Positions 28,314-38,447 are shown, numbered from the stretch's first letter. The stretch is 64,000 bases of DNA from Candidatus Yanofskybacteria bacterium RIFCSPHIGHO2_01_FULL_41_26 (GCA_001794055.1 MGJB01000006.1:26168-90167); one strand, 5' to 3'. The notes: generated by a model from the sequence alone, not told the origin. Translations and numbers: made by a program.

Positions 28314-29248
28314 TGCCCAAAATCCTTGTAACCGGCGGAGCAGGATATATCGGTTCAGTTTTGGTGCCGATGCTTTTGCGAGCCGGACACGAAGTTTTCG
28401 TGCTGGACAATTTTATGTACGGCCAAACATCTCTTCTGGATTGTTGTCATAATTCCTTTTTTAGGGTTGCGAAAGGAGATGTCAGGAATGAGGATCTATT
28501 GCGACATTTGGCAAGACAGTCGGATATAATTATCCACCTTGCTTGTATTGTCGGCGCACCGGCATGCGACAAAGACCCTGTTACCGCCACAAGCATAAAC
28601 CTAGACTCTGTCAGAAGCTTATTAAGGTGTAGAACCTCAAATCAGCCAATAATTTACCCGAATACAAATAGCGGCTATGGAATAGGTCAAGATGGTATTT
28701 ATTGTACCGAAGAAACTCCATTGAACCCCGTTTCGTTGTACGGCCGACTAAAGGTTGCCGCGGAAAAAGAAATACTTAGTCAAGGAAATTCAATAACTCT
28801 GCGCTTGGCCACCGTCTTTGGCACAAGCCCCAGAATGCGTCTTGATCTTTTGGTTAATGATTTTGTTTACCGGGCCGTTAACGACCGTTTCGTTGTTCTT
28901 TTTGAAAGCCACTTCAAGAGAAACTACATCCACGTCCGGGACGTTGCCAGAGCGTTTATGCATTGCATGAACAATTTTGGCACAATGAGAGACCAGACAT
29001 ATAACGTCGGTTTAAGCGATGCCAATTTGTCTAAAAGAGAATTATGCCTAGAGATTCAGAAACAATTGCCGGGTTTTTATTTTCACGAAGCTCCAATCGG
29101 TCAGGATCCTGATAAACGCAACTATATTGTCAGCAATAAAAAAATAGAAAAAACCGGATTCAAACCGGAAATATCATTACGGGAAGGCATAGCCGAATTG
29201 ATAAAAGGTTTCCAAATCATAAGAAACAATCGCTTTGCGAATATTTAA
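28313..29248 (+). CDS. NAD-dependent epimerase/dehydratase
   Basis: TGGAGYIG, YGRLK, SPRMRLDLLVN, DKRNY. Confidence 0.88.
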   Translation: MPKILVTGGAGYIGSVLVPMLLRAGHEVFVLDNFMYGQTSLLDCCHNSFFRVAKGDVRNEDLLRHLARQSDIIIHLACIVGAPACDKDPVTATSINLDSVRSLLRCRTSNQPIIYPNTNSGYGIGQDGIYCTEETPLNPVSLYGRLKVAAEKEILSQGNSITLRLATVFGTSPRMRLDLLVNDFVYRAVNDRFVVLFESHFKRNYIHVRDVARAFMHCMNNFGTMRDQTYNVGLSDANLSKRELCLEIQKQLPGFYFHEAPIGQDPDKRNYIVSNKKIEKTGFKPEISLREGIAELIKGFQIIRNNRFANI

Positions 29249-29275
29249 AAAGAACTCCGAATGAGTTCTTTTTTA
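29247..29275. terminator. Bidirectional intrinsic terminator
   Basis: AAAAAGAACTC-CGAAT-GAGTTCTTTTT between convergent genes. Confidence 0.85.
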
Positions 29276-30643
29276 TTATGCAAGAGGATTTATGTCATCG
29301 AACGGAAATGTATTTCTGTTAAGCTCAGATGCGGATAGTCCGGCTTCTTTAATAAACGCGACCAGTTCAAGATAATTATTTACTATTTGTTCATTAGTCA
29401 AGGTTTTTCCCCAAGAAGCGTTTTCGTGATATTGAAAAGTTAACCTGGGTTTTTTATTATCGAGATTATGGATGTGCATTGTATTTTCCCAATCCGTCTC
29501 GATATTTCTTATTCCGAATTTATCAGGGTTGCGAAACACCTCTGTTCCGGGTCTGATAGTAAATAACGAAAGATATATCAAGTCGGGTTGTGTTTCTTTT
29601 ATGAAATTCAGTGTTAACTCAACTATATTGTCTGGCTCGCCAGGAAGACCCATTATTAGATAAATCCTAGCTTCAATGCCATTTGCTTTCAACATTGCAA
29701 TCGTATCTTTGGCTTTCTGAACACTGATCCTTTTGTTTATTAGATTAAGCGATGGTTGCCAGACGCTTTCTACCCCAAGACCGAGGGATATACAACCTGA
29801 TTGAAAGGCTAATCCAGCCAGTTCAGGTGTAATTCCGTCAACACGACACTGGCCACGCCAGAAAATATCTGCCCTTCCGATGGCTTCCAGTTCGGCAATA
29901 GCGCTGGAACGTTTTAATGGCAAAGCAATCTCATCAACTAAAGCTACGCCCTGTATTCCATATTCACGCTTTAAATATTCAATTTCATTCTCGATAAGTT
30001 CCGGAAGGCGAAAACGTATCCCTGGCGTCCCTTCTCTGGCTGTCCGCAAAGCACAAAAATGACAATTATACGGACAGCCTCGGCTGAAAATAACATTCGT
30101 GGAAACAAGGTCATTAAAACCAGGCTTGCTTTTTAAAGTCATCATTTTTCTTCGGGCTGTAGTACTTTTGGGCAGGAATTTTCTGTTTGGATGGCAATAC
30201 TCATTTATATCTATGACGCCCTGTTGCCTATAAATTTGTTGAAGTTTATTACAAGCCAGATCATTAACGGCCGCTATTATCGTTAACTCACCCTCTCCTA
30301 ATATGAGTGAGTCAAATATTCGAAGTGATTCTTGAGGAAATTCAACAGCATGAGGTCCGCCGGCAATGTGAACCGCTCTGGGATATTGCCGGCGCAGCAT
30401 TGCAACAATGGCTTTCTGTTCATTTATATCAAGTGTATAGATTGAATGAAGATAAACATCGCATTCCGGAATATGATAAAGGGCAAATTCTCTTTTTATT
30501 CCCCTTAGATCAGGAAGACAAAGCTCTACTCTGCTTCCAAAATATTCTTCCAAAATCGTAAGTATCTGTAGATGAGTAAAAGGATCCCCTCGGAACGGAT
30601 CATTGAGATAGTGGCTACTTGGTAAGATAAAACCTATCTTCAC
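29276..30643 (-). CDS. Cobalamin-binding radical SAM protein 2
   Basis: AGGPH, GEGE, SRGCPYNCHFC, GVES, GLPGE, RPGT; GTG start. Confidence 0.88.
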   Translation of the reverse strand: MKIGFILPSSHYLNDPFRGDPFTHLQILTILEEYFGSRVELCLPDLRGIKREFALYHIPECDVYLHSIYTLDINEQKAIVAMLRRQYPRAVHIAGGPHAVEFPQESLRIFDSLILGEGELTIIAAVNDLACNKLQQIYRQQGVIDINEYCHPNRKFLPKSTTARRKMMTLKSKPGFNDLVSTNVIFSRGCPYNCHFCALRTAREGTPGIRFRLPELIENEIEYLKREYGIQGVALVDEIALPLKRSSAIAELEAIGRADIFWRGQCRVDGITPELAGLAFQSGCISLGLGVESVWQPSLNLINKRISVQKAKDTIAMLKANGIEARIYLIMGLPGEPDNIVELTLNFIKETQPDLIYLSLFTIRPGTEVFRNPDKFGIRNIETDWENTMHIHNLDNKKPRLTFQYHENASWGKTLTNEQIVNNYLELVAFIKEAGLSASELNRNTFPFDDINPLA

Positions 30644-30711
30644 CAGAGAATCCCCTCTCGATAATTTTTAAAAAACTGCCTCATTATGCGTCTTAATTCA
30701 ATAGTTGTAAA
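30644..30711 (-). promoter_or_regulatory. sigma70 promoter + boxA-like motif + SD (unit 4)
   Basis: TTTACA-17-CATAAT; GTTTTTTAAAAATT (30676-30663); GAGGGG. Confidence 0.7.
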
Positions 30712-30724
30712 CCTCAAAATTAAG

Positions 30725-30786
30725 TTGACAAATTAATCGAAGTTCATTACCGTATCTGAAAGTTCATTCAAAAAACAGGAGATAGC
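30725..30786 (+). promoter_or_regulatory. sigma70 promoter + boxA-like motif + SD (unit 5)
   Basis: TTGACA-17-TACCGT; GTTCATTCAAAAA (30762); AGGAG. Confidence 0.7.
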
Positions 30787-31368
30787 ATGAACTCGGTAAA
30801 ATCTTGGATTAAGATCGGCAACAAATCAGTTTTAGCCGAAGGTCGCAGCGGAAAAAGATTGATTAGCCAATTGTTCAAAAATCCAGCGAGCGGCCAACTC
30901 ATCGATTACACTCTTTTTGACGCCGATTTTATTTCTGTCATAATTTTCCCTTTGACAACAAACGGGGAGGTAATCGCCGTCCGACAATTCCGTATGGGAA
31001 TAGATAGGGTATCACTCGAATTACCGGGGGGTAATAAAAAAGTTGAAGATAAAAATTTTATCGAGACAGCCGAAAGAGAGCTGAGGGAAGAAACCGGATA
31101 CAAAGCAGGTCAAATAATTCCGTTAGCAGACAAATTGTGGATAGATCCATCATCATGTACACCCTACCTCTATTCATTCCTGGCTCTGGAATGCAAAAGA
31201 ACAGAAAAGACAGAAGAAGATGCTAACGAAATTATAGAAACAGTGACTATGCCGCAATCAAAGTGGATAGACATGATATCTGGAGGTAAAATATCCGATA
31301 TGAAAACAATCGCCATAACTCTGCTTGCTATTTCTCACTTATCAGATAAACTAATAATCAGTACCTAA
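30787..31368 (+). CDS. NUDIX hydrolase (ADP-ribose/NDP-sugar pyrophosphatase-like)
   Basis: VRQFR, ELPGG, Nudix box AERELREETGY. Confidence 0.9.
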   Translation: MNSVKSWIKIGNKSVLAEGRSGKRLISQLFKNPASGQLIDYTLFDADFISVIIFPLTTNGEVIAVRQFRMGIDRVSLELPGGNKKVEDKNFIETAERELREETGYKAGQIIPLADKLWIDPSSCTPYLYSFLALECKRTEKTEEDANEIIETVTMPQSKWIDMISGGKISDMKTIAITLLAISHLSDKLIIST

Positions 31369-31385
31369 GAATAAGGAGAGATTAG

Positions 31386-32135
31386 GTGGAAGATAGCTTC
31401 ATTCTGACCAGAGAACAAATCCTGTTTTATAGAAAGAACGGATACTTAGTGGTGCCCCATGTCCTCACTTGCGAACAATGCGATAAGATGAATCAAATCT
31501 TTGAACAGTACGCCAAAGATCACGGTGATAAAGAATTCAAAGGCATAATGAATCTCGACAGAGAAGATCATCGAATAAGAGACCTTTTGCGCTATTATAA
31601 AATTGTTTTAATCCTTGACGCTCTTCAGGATGGCGAGGTTGTAGGTCTTCAATCAATGTTTTTATTTAAAAAAGGCGGAACTGATTATGCTCCGCAGGCC
31701 TGGAACCCACATCAAGATAACGCTTACCCTAGAGCTCCCCACGGTATGTATCTAACCGGCAACATTCCTTTTGCCGACCAAGATAGAGAAAACGGGTGTA
31801 TGTATATTTATCCGGGTTCACACATGGAAAGCCTTCTTCCTGCTGATTTCTTCAAAAGCTTCCACGAAGAACCAGGCAAGAATCCTGGACACGATGTTTC
31901 AAGAAGCCTGCCGTTAGACTATCCGAGAGTTGATTTGCCGATGAAAAAGGGCTCCGTGTTGATTCTTCACGGAAATGTAGTTCATGGTTCATATCCCAAT
32001 AGATCACAGAGAGATAGGCCAATGCTCTTGATACCTTTTGGGACCAAAGGTATAACCCAACAGCCAAATTTTATCCCCGGCAAAACCGCTAAGCGTGAAG
32101 AATTCAGCTTAAGACCCTTAAGCTATAAACTTTGA
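31386..32135 (+). CDS. Phytanoyl-CoA dioxygenase family (Fe(II)/2-oxoglutarate) protein
   Basis: NGYLVV, PHQD (HxD), ENGCM..PGSH, HG..VHGS.PN...R. Confidence 0.85.
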   Translation: MEDSFILTREQILFYRKNGYLVVPHVLTCEQCDKMNQIFEQYAKDHGDKEFKGIMNLDREDHRIRDLLRYYKIVLILDALQDGEVVGLQSMFLFKKGGTDYAPQAWNPHQDNAYPRAPHGMYLTGNIPFADQDRENGCMYIYPGSHMESLLPADFFKSFHEEPGKNPGHDVSRSLPLDYPRVDLPMKKGSVLILHGNVVHGSYPNRSQRDRPMLLIPFGTKGITQQPNFIPGKTAKREEFSLRPLSYKL

Positions 32136-32161
32136 TAAACCCTGTAAAGTGATACAACATG

Positions 32162-32186
32162 ACCGCCCACCCAAAGGCGGTTTTTT
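32162..32186 (+). terminator. Intrinsic terminator after PhyH gene
   Basis: ACCGCC-CACCCAAA-GGCGGT followed by T-tract. Confidence 0.8.
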
Positions 32187-32198
32187 AATTTGAAAAAC

Positions 32199-32269
32199 TG
32201 GACAAAGAATATATTTTACGATATCGTATTTCAATTCAGTATCTTAAAAATTAATGGAGGGAGGGTCTT
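32199..32269 (+). promoter_or_regulatory. sigma70 promoter + boxA-like motif + SD (unit 6)
   Basis: TGGACA-17-TATCGT; GTATCTTAAAAATT (32239); GGAGGAGG. Confidence 0.7.
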
Positions 32270-34153
32270 GTGACTGAACCGATTCAGCTCGGGACAAATC
32301 CGGCAATTCAAAAAATTGCCAACAAAATACGACGGGTCCTTCCTTCAGGTTGCAAACGCGTCTTACTTGTCGAGCCACCTAATGTGCCCGAGGAAGATTG
32401 GGATCCCGATGTAGCCACAAACAACAGATATCCAGTTTATGACCCCAAGGGTCTGGCAGTTTTATCATCTTGCATACAATTAAGAGGCTATGAAACGGAT
32501 GTCATGGATCTCAATTTCATGATCCAAGATAGTTTTAAAAATAATCCGAATGGTTTTGAATATCGAAATTGGGAAAACTGGTTAAGACAAAAATTAGGAG
32601 AGTTTAAGCCTCATGTAGTCGGCCTTACTTGTATGTTCACCATATATCATCGTTCTATGACAAGGATTGCCCAATTGATCAAAGAATATAACCCGCAAAT
32701 AATCATCATCGCTGGTGGCGTTCACTCTACTATGGCCTCATCTGATGTTAAATCGGCTCCCGGCCAATTAGTTCTTGAGGACTGTAAAGAAATTGATTTT
32801 GTCGGCCTTTATGAAGGCAATGACAGTTTCCCGGATTTTCTTGACATGGCAAACAACAAACTGGAACCAGAAAACCTCACTCAAATTGCCACATTAGTAG
32901 ATAATAATTATGTAGCCATTACAAGAAGAACGGAACCAAGAACGGAAACACTGAATGCTTTGCCGAATTATCATGACTTGCCAATTGAAAGATATAGCTC
33001 CCTTGGAAGAATCGGCACTTTTTATTGGTTATTTAAGCCGGATACTCGAGCAGCTACCATCCTAGTAAATAGAGGTTGTCGCGCTCATTGCAGATTTTGT
33101 TCAGTAGAGAAGTTCAACGGCAAGGGTGTCGTGTTAAAACGGGACATAGAGATGATTGGTGATGAATTGGAATTCTTAAGAGATAAGTATGGAATTAATC
33201 ATGTAATGATTCTCGACGATGACCTTCTTAATGGAGAGGAGCGGACTGTTGCTCTTTTTGAAGATTGGCAAAAAAGAAAATTAGGCATTACTTGGGATGC
33301 ATCTAATGCGGTGATCGCATCGGCGCTAACTCCAGAAATAGCTCACGCAGCAGCCGAATCAGGATGTATCGCTTTAAGTTTCGGCATTGAATCCGGCAAT
33401 CCTCAAGTGCTTAAAAATATACCCAAACCAAGCGGAGTGCCTCATTATCTCCGGGCCGGTGAAATAATGAAAAAACACCCTCAAATATTCACTAAAGGAT
33501 TGTTAATGGTCGGTTTCCCGCCTGAACCTGAAAGAAATTTTCCCGGCGAATCAATAAGAATGATCTGGGACACCATAAATCTTGCAAAACAAATGGATCT
33601 GGACTGGTATACTATCCAACCCCTTAACCTTATTCCGGGCGTTGAGATGACCAACCATGCCCTAGTCCGAGGAGAGATAACAAAACAAGAATTAATAGAT
33701 GGATCAGAAAGACCGGTAGTAGGTTCGACCGGCAAACAAGACCGGCGAAGCAAAGAAGAGAAGACAAAAGCCTTGCCCTTTATAAGTCATCTTCATGATG
33801 AGAATTTAGACAGAATTCCCCTAAGAAAAGAACTTATCGATATATGGTTCGTAATGGATTATATGGTCAATTATGAGAAACTCTGGAATCTGGAACTTCC
33901 GATCAAAATACAAATGCTCCACAAGCTGTTCGTCAACATGTGTGACAGGACCCATAAAGAGAATGCTTTGGGTAATTTATTCTTTGCTCTTTTAGAGTAC
34001 CGACTTGGACACAAAAAGATGGCAAATGACAGATTAAGATTAGCTAGAGAATTTTCAGCGACTAACGACTATTGGAGGAAAAGGTTTCCAGTATTAGGAT
34101 TAGACGGACTTGTCGAGAAACTACAGCACATGATAGATCAATTACGGGACTAG
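32270..34153 (+). CDS. Cobalamin-binding radical SAM protein 3
   Basis: VLLVEPP, PKGLAVL, AGGVH, RGCRAHCRFC, DDD, GIESG, MVGFP. Confidence 0.88.
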   Translation: MTEPIQLGTNPAIQKIANKIRRVLPSGCKRVLLVEPPNVPEEDWDPDVATNNRYPVYDPKGLAVLSSCIQLRGYETDVMDLNFMIQDSFKNNPNGFEYRNWENWLRQKLGEFKPHVVGLTCMFTIYHRSMTRIAQLIKEYNPQIIIIAGGVHSTMASSDVKSAPGQLVLEDCKEIDFVGLYEGNDSFPDFLDMANNKLEPENLTQIATLVDNNYVAITRRTEPRTETLNALPNYHDLPIERYSSLGRIGTFYWLFKPDTRAATILVNRGCRAHCRFCSVEKFNGKGVVLKRDIEMIGDELEFLRDKYGINHVMILDDDLLNGEERTVALFEDWQKRKLGITWDASNAVIASALTPEIAHAAAESGCIALSFGIESGNPQVLKNIPKPSGVPHYLRAGEIMKKHPQIFTKGLLMVGFPPEPERNFPGESIRMIWDTINLAKQMDLDWYTIQPLNLIPGVEMTNHALVRGEITKQELIDGSERPVVGSTGKQDRRSKEEKTKALPFISHLHDENLDRIPLRKELIDIWFVMDYMVNYEKLWNLELPIKIQMLHKLFVNMCDRTHKENALGNLFFALLEYRLGHKKMANDRLRLAREFSATNDYWRKRFPVLGLDGLVEKLQHMIDQLRD

Positions 34154-34166
34154 ACAGTCCCTTTTT
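34146..34166 (+). terminator. Intrinsic terminator overlapping stop of radical SAM 3
   Basis: GGGACT-AGAC-AGTCCC followed by TTTTT. Confidence 0.8.
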
Positions 34167-34173
34167 AATTACT

Positions 34174-34211
34174 TATAATATCACAAAGCTTTTTAACAAT
34201 GAGGTTGCTCG
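34174..34211 (+). promoter_or_regulatory. -10 box + boxA-like motif + SD (unit 7)
   Basis: TATAAT (34174); GCTTTTTAACAAT (34188); GAGGT. Confidence 0.65.
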
Positions 34212-35597
34212 GTGTTGCAAAACGTTGATCCGAACATATTGAAAACAACTAACGCCTTTATGTATACCGAATATCCCCATAAAAGCTTCTGGTCAACTGA
34301 CCTAAGGAGCGACGATTATCACTCGGCATTATTAAAACTGCTTACAGAAGAACCAGATGCTCCACTTTTGTTATATGTTCACATTCTCTACTGTACCCAG
34401 CTTTGTTGGTTCTGCACATGTCATATAGGAGAAATAACCAAAAGTCTGGACAAAAGACAGAATTATCTTGAGATGCTTTATCTAGAAATTAGTCTGTTAA
34501 AAAAAATTATTACTGGACACTCATTGACTCCAAATTTTACGGAAATACACTTAGGTGGTGGCTCTCCAAGCGATCTTGACACGCCTGACTTTGATCGACT
34601 GATAGAAAACTTGGAATCGATGGTAAATATTAGAAATTTGAGCGAATTTTCCATTGAAATAGACCCGAGACACACAACCAGAAAAATGCTTCTGTATTAT
34701 CATAACAAAGGGATAAACAGAATTTCAATAGGCATACAGGACTTCGATCCACAAGTCCAAGCGGCCATTAACCGAGTTCAGTCGATTGAACTAGTAGAAA
34801 ACCTGATGAGTGATGAAACAATCGCTCTTTTTCCAAACGGAGTAAACTTTGACATTATCTGCGGTTTGCCCCATCAAACGACAGATACCATAGCAAGAAC
34901 AATGAATGAATGCGTGCGACTTTCACCGGACAGGATATGCTTAAATTATCTCCACCTAGCTCCTGAGTTTGCAAAACATCAGAACTTGATGTTTGACGGG
35001 AAATACGGCAGACCCAATCATTTGCCCGACTATTACGAAAGGAAAAAACTTTTTGCCGCAGCCCTTGAAATCTTAACCAAAAACGGCTATGTGCGAACTG
35101 GATACGACCATTTTGCCAAATCGACTGATTCTGTGGCGAGAGCAATGTCAGAGGGCAAAATGCATTGGAACTCGTTAGGAGTAACTTCGGGAAGATATAA
35201 TAATGTAATAGGGGTCGGCGTTCACAGTTATAGCACCATTGGAAACAGCTACTTCCAAAACCACTATGATATTCCATCATACAAACACTCGCTTGAACTG
35301 AATACTTTGCCGATATTCCGTGGACACCGGCTGAACAGAGATGACCTGATACGCCGAGACGTAATTCAAACTTTACGCAATTTCTTTTCTGTGGATTTTG
35401 CGAACATTGAAACTAAATACGGAATTATTTTTGAAACCTACTTCAAAACCGAAATAGATACCTTGGACGATTATGTCAAAGACGGACTTGTCAAAATTAG
35501 AGACAGATCAATCGTCATAACGGAAAAAGGATATCAATTTGCCAACACGGTATGCTATGTTTTCGACGCATACAAAAGCCCAAGACCCAAGTTTTAA
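34212..35597 (+). CDS. hemN: HemN-like radical SAM protein (coproporphyrinogen III oxidase family; function here uncertain)
   Basis: YTEYP, LYVH..CTQLCWFCTC, GGGSP, EIDPR, NRISIGIQD, GLPHQT, GYDHFA. Confidence 0.8.
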   Translation: MLQNVDPNILKTTNAFMYTEYPHKSFWSTDLRSDDYHSALLKLLTEEPDAPLLLYVHILYCTQLCWFCTCHIGEITKSLDKRQNYLEMLYLEISLLKKIITGHSLTPNFTEIHLGGGSPSDLDTPDFDRLIENLESMVNIRNLSEFSIEIDPRHTTRKMLLYYHNKGINRISIGIQDFDPQVQAAINRVQSIELVENLMSDETIALFPNGVNFDIICGLPHQTTDTIARTMNECVRLSPDRICLNYLHLAPEFAKHQNLMFDGKYGRPNHLPDYYERKKLFAAALEILTKNGYVRTGYDHFAKSTDSVARAMSEGKMHWNSLGVTSGRYNNVIGVGVHSYSTIGNSYFQNHYDIPSYKHSLELNTLPIFRGHRLNRDDLIRRDVIQTLRNFFSVDFANIETKYGIIFETYFKTEIDTLDDYVKDGLVKIRDRSIVITEKGYQFANTVCYVFDAYKSPRPKF

Positions 35598-35610
35598 AAC
35601 TTGGGTTTTT
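35583..35610 (+). terminator. Intrinsic terminator overlapping HemN-like stop
   Basis: ACCCAAGTT-TTAA-AACTTGGGT followed by TTTT. Confidence 0.8.
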
Positions 35611-35612
35611 AC

Positions 35613-35677
35613 TTGACATAAGCATCAATGTTCTTTAATATTCCGCCAAGTTCGTTGAAATTATACGGGAGGTAGTA
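35613..35677 (+). promoter_or_regulatory. sigma70 promoter + boxA-like motif + SD (unit 8)
   Basis: TTGACA-17-TAATAT; GTTCGTTGAAATT (35650); GGAGGT. Confidence 0.75.
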
Positions 35678-36484
35678 ATGGATTTAGAGCTTAAGGGGCG
35701 TATAGCTCTGGTCACAGGAAGTTCCAATGGCTTAGGAAAAGCCATTGCCCTTGCCTTGGCGCAAGAAGGAGCCGATGTAATAATTAACGGGCGCAACAGA
35801 GAAACCCTTAACAACACGGCTCTTGAGATTGGAATGAAATCAAATACTAATATCCACAACTGTCATGTTGATGCCACCGACCCGGAGGGTATAAAACAAT
35901 TTTTTAGAATCAATAACTTTTGGCTTAAGAGATTGGATATATTGGTAAACAATGTCGGCAACTTGGAAAAATTTGGAAATTTTTCCAATCTTGAAGATAG
36001 AGATTGGATGAGAAGTTATGAATTAACATTTATGAGTATGGTGCGCTTCACCAGAGAAGCTCTTCCATTGTTGAAGAAATCCCCCGGAGCATCTATCCTA
36101 AACATTGGGAGCTTGGTATCACATCAACCCGGAAAATTCAATCATCATTATGTGGCAGCTAAAGCAGCAATGCTGGCAGTAAGTAAGCAAATGGCCAACG
36201 AATTCGGTGCTTTTGGAATAAGGGTAAACGTTGTTTGTCCAAGTACCATTAAAGATGGCGGTTGGATAAGAAATGTTCAAGATAGAGCAAAGCGGATGAA
36301 TGTTTCCCCACAAGAAGCAGAACAGGCAATGGAAGATGATGCCAAAGCAAGGTCTCCTCTTGGAATAATTGGCCACGCAGACGATGTATCTGGTTTAATT
36401 GTTTTTTTGGCATCGGACAAGGCAAAATTTCTAACCGGCCATTGTTATAATGTAGATGGCGGGATAACCCGCTCTGCAATTTAG
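35678..36484 (+). CDS. Classical SDR oxidoreductase
   Basis: TGSSNGLG, NNVG, YVAAK, IRVN, VDGG. Confidence 0.88.
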   Translation: MDLELKGRIALVTGSSNGLGKAIALALAQEGADVIINGRNRETLNNTALEIGMKSNTNIHNCHVDATDPEGIKQFFRINNFWLKRLDILVNNVGNLEKFGNFSNLEDRDWMRSYELTFMSMVRFTREALPLLKKSPGASILNIGSLVSHQPGKFNHHYVAAKAAMLAVSKQMANEFGAFGIRVNVVCPSTIKDGGWIRNVQDRAKRMNVSPQEAEQAMEDDAKARSPLGIIGHADDVSGLIVFLASDKAKFLTGHCYNVDGGITRSAI

Positions 36485-36498
36485 GGAAAAGGGAAACA

Positions 36499-37482
36499 AT
36501 GAACAAAAGAACGGCGCTTATCACTGGCATTTTTGGATCTGGAGCAAGTTATCTGGCTGAATACATTGTCGCTAATCATCCCAACGTAGAACTTCATGGC
36601 ACTTTTCGTTCGTGTAGTTCCCGCTCTCAAAAAAATATTCAAAGCATTAGAAATAAATTATTTCTTCATAATTGCAACCTGGATGACTATTCCGCCACAT
36701 ACCGATTAATTGCTGGACTAAAACCTGACCTTGTTTTTCACATTGCCTCCTATGCCGACGTAAGGAAATCTTGGGACAAAGCGATCTTTACCCTGCGAAA
36801 TAATATCATCAGTACAGCAAATCTGTTGGAAGCAATCCGATTGGCCAATATACATCCCCGGGTCCAAATGTGCAGTACGCCTGAAGTATATGGTCAAGTA
36901 GATCCCAAAAATATCCCAATTGATGAAAGCTGTCCAATTAATCCAAACAACCCCTATGCCGTATCCAAATTCGCACAAGAATCGCTTGGATATTCTTATT
37001 TCAAAGGCTACGGTCTGCCGATGATTATTACTCGCATGTCCACCTACATCAATCCGAGGCGGGCAGATCTTTTTGCCACCGCATTCGCGATGCAAGTGGC
37101 GCGCATAGAAGCCGGCTTGCAGAAAGAATTGCGACACGGCAATCTTGATTCTACTAGGACCATCCTTGATCCTAGAGACTGCGCCAGCGCCTATTGGGCC
37201 GCCATCGATAAAGGCGAACCCGGCGAGGTCTACAATATTGGCGGGGCCACAATAGTAACGGTGGGGGAATTTCTGGAAATTCTAAAAGTGAAAGCCCTAT
37301 GTTCAGTTCCTTCCAGAGTAGACGAAAATTTGTTTCGGCCGGTAGATGTTACTCTGCAAGTGATAAATACCGAAAAGTTTTTCAAACAAACCAGATGGCA
37401 GCCAAGATTTAGCTTCGAAGAAAGCGTAGAACATCTTCTAAATCACTGCCGGCAGGAAGTCAGGAAAGAACTGCCGAGATGA
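36499..37482 (+). CDS. GDP-sugar 4,6-dehydratase, DmhA (GDP-manno-heptose dehydratase)/GMD-like
   Basis: ALITGI.G.GA, STPEVYG, PYAVSK, TRM.T..PRR, ARIEAG, GNLDSTR, RPVD. Confidence 0.75.
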   Translation: MNKRTALITGIFGSGASYLAEYIVANHPNVELHGTFRSCSSRSQKNIQSIRNKLFLHNCNLDDYSATYRLIAGLKPDLVFHIASYADVRKSWDKAIFTLRNNIISTANLLEAIRLANIHPRVQMCSTPEVYGQVDPKNIPIDESCPINPNNPYAVSKFAQESLGYSYFKGYGLPMIITRMSTYINPRRADLFATAFAMQVARIEAGLQKELRHGNLDSTRTILDPRDCASAYWAAIDKGEPGEVYNIGGATIVTVGEFLEILKVKALCSVPSRVDENLFRPVDVTLQVINTEKFFKQTRWQPRFSFEESVEHLLNHCRQEVRKELPR

Positions 37483-38432
37483 GGACAAAGAGAGTATTAA
37501 TTTGCGGAGCAAGCGGATTTATAGGACGAAATTTGTTTGAACACTTTGATTCCAATGGTTATGAAACTTACGGAACTTACTTAAAAAGTAGGCCGCAAGT
37601 TTTCAATCCCAAAATTATCCCGGTTGATTTAAGGGATAAATATAAGGCGCTCCAAATAATGCAAGGCATGGATATAGTAATTAATGCTGCAGCCATGACC
37701 GCGGGCATAGGAGTATATTCGGAAGAAACAAACGCTAAAGAATTTGTGGAAACAAATAACAGGATCAACGCAAATCTGGTGGAATCAGCTCATGTCAACA
37801 GGGTCGGACATTTTGTTTTTTTAAGCTGTACCATAATGTATCCCTCAAGCATTGTTCCTCTTAAAGAAAACGAGTCTGATGTGGACAGGGTGCATCCGAA
37901 ATATTCTGTTTTAGCTGAAATTAAAATTTTGGGAGAAGAGGGCTGCCAATACTTTGCCGGTATGGGCTCAACTAAATATACGACCGTAAGACACACAAAT
38001 GTTTACGGCCCGTATGATAAATTTGACCTTAAACACGGCCATGTATTATCTGCCACGATCGAAAAGGTTATGACTTCGCAAAACAACGAAATCATCGTCT
38101 GGGGCAGTGGACAGGAATCAAGAGATTTTCTATATATCAACGATCTGATCGAATTCATTAGGAGAGCTGTTAATCTCCAAGCAAACAATTTTGAGATATT
38201 TAATGTCGGCTCCGGAAAAACATACTCCATCAACGAATTGGTTGGGGTTATAATTTCACATTCCGGAAAAGAACTTAAAGTCATCCACGATCTCACAAAA
38301 CCTTCCATTGAAACATATATGAATATAGATGCCGGCAAAGCAAAACGTCTTATTGGCTGGCAAGCAAAAACAAACTTGAATGAAGGCATAAGAAAAACGA
38401 TTGAATGGTACAAAAAAAATCATCCGCATTAA
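37479..38432 (+). CDS. GDP-L-fucose synthase-like extended SDR (atypical active site)
   Basis: GASGFIG, SCTIMYP, NVYGPYD, VWGSG..RDF; LAEIK in place of YxxxK. Confidence 0.75.
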   Translation: MRTKRVLICGASGFIGRNLFEHFDSNGYETYGTYLKSRPQVFNPKIIPVDLRDKYKALQIMQGMDIVINAAAMTAGIGVYSEETNAKEFVETNNRINANLVESAHVNRVGHFVFLSCTIMYPSSIVPLKENESDVDRVHPKYSVLAEIKILGEEGCQYFAGMGSTKYTTVRHTNVYGPYDKFDLKHGHVLSATIEKVMTSQNNEIIVWGSGQESRDFLYINDLIEFIRRAVNLQANNFEIFNVGSGKTYSINELVGVIISHSGKELKVIHDLTKPSIETYMNIDAGKAKRLIGWQAKTNLNEGIRKTIEWYKKNHPH

Positions 38433-38446
38433 AAATGCGGATTTTC
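38422..38446 (+). terminator. Intrinsic terminator overlapping stop codon
   Basis: ATCCGCATT-AAA-AATGCGGAT followed by TTTC. Confidence 0.75.
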
Positions 38447-38447
38447 T

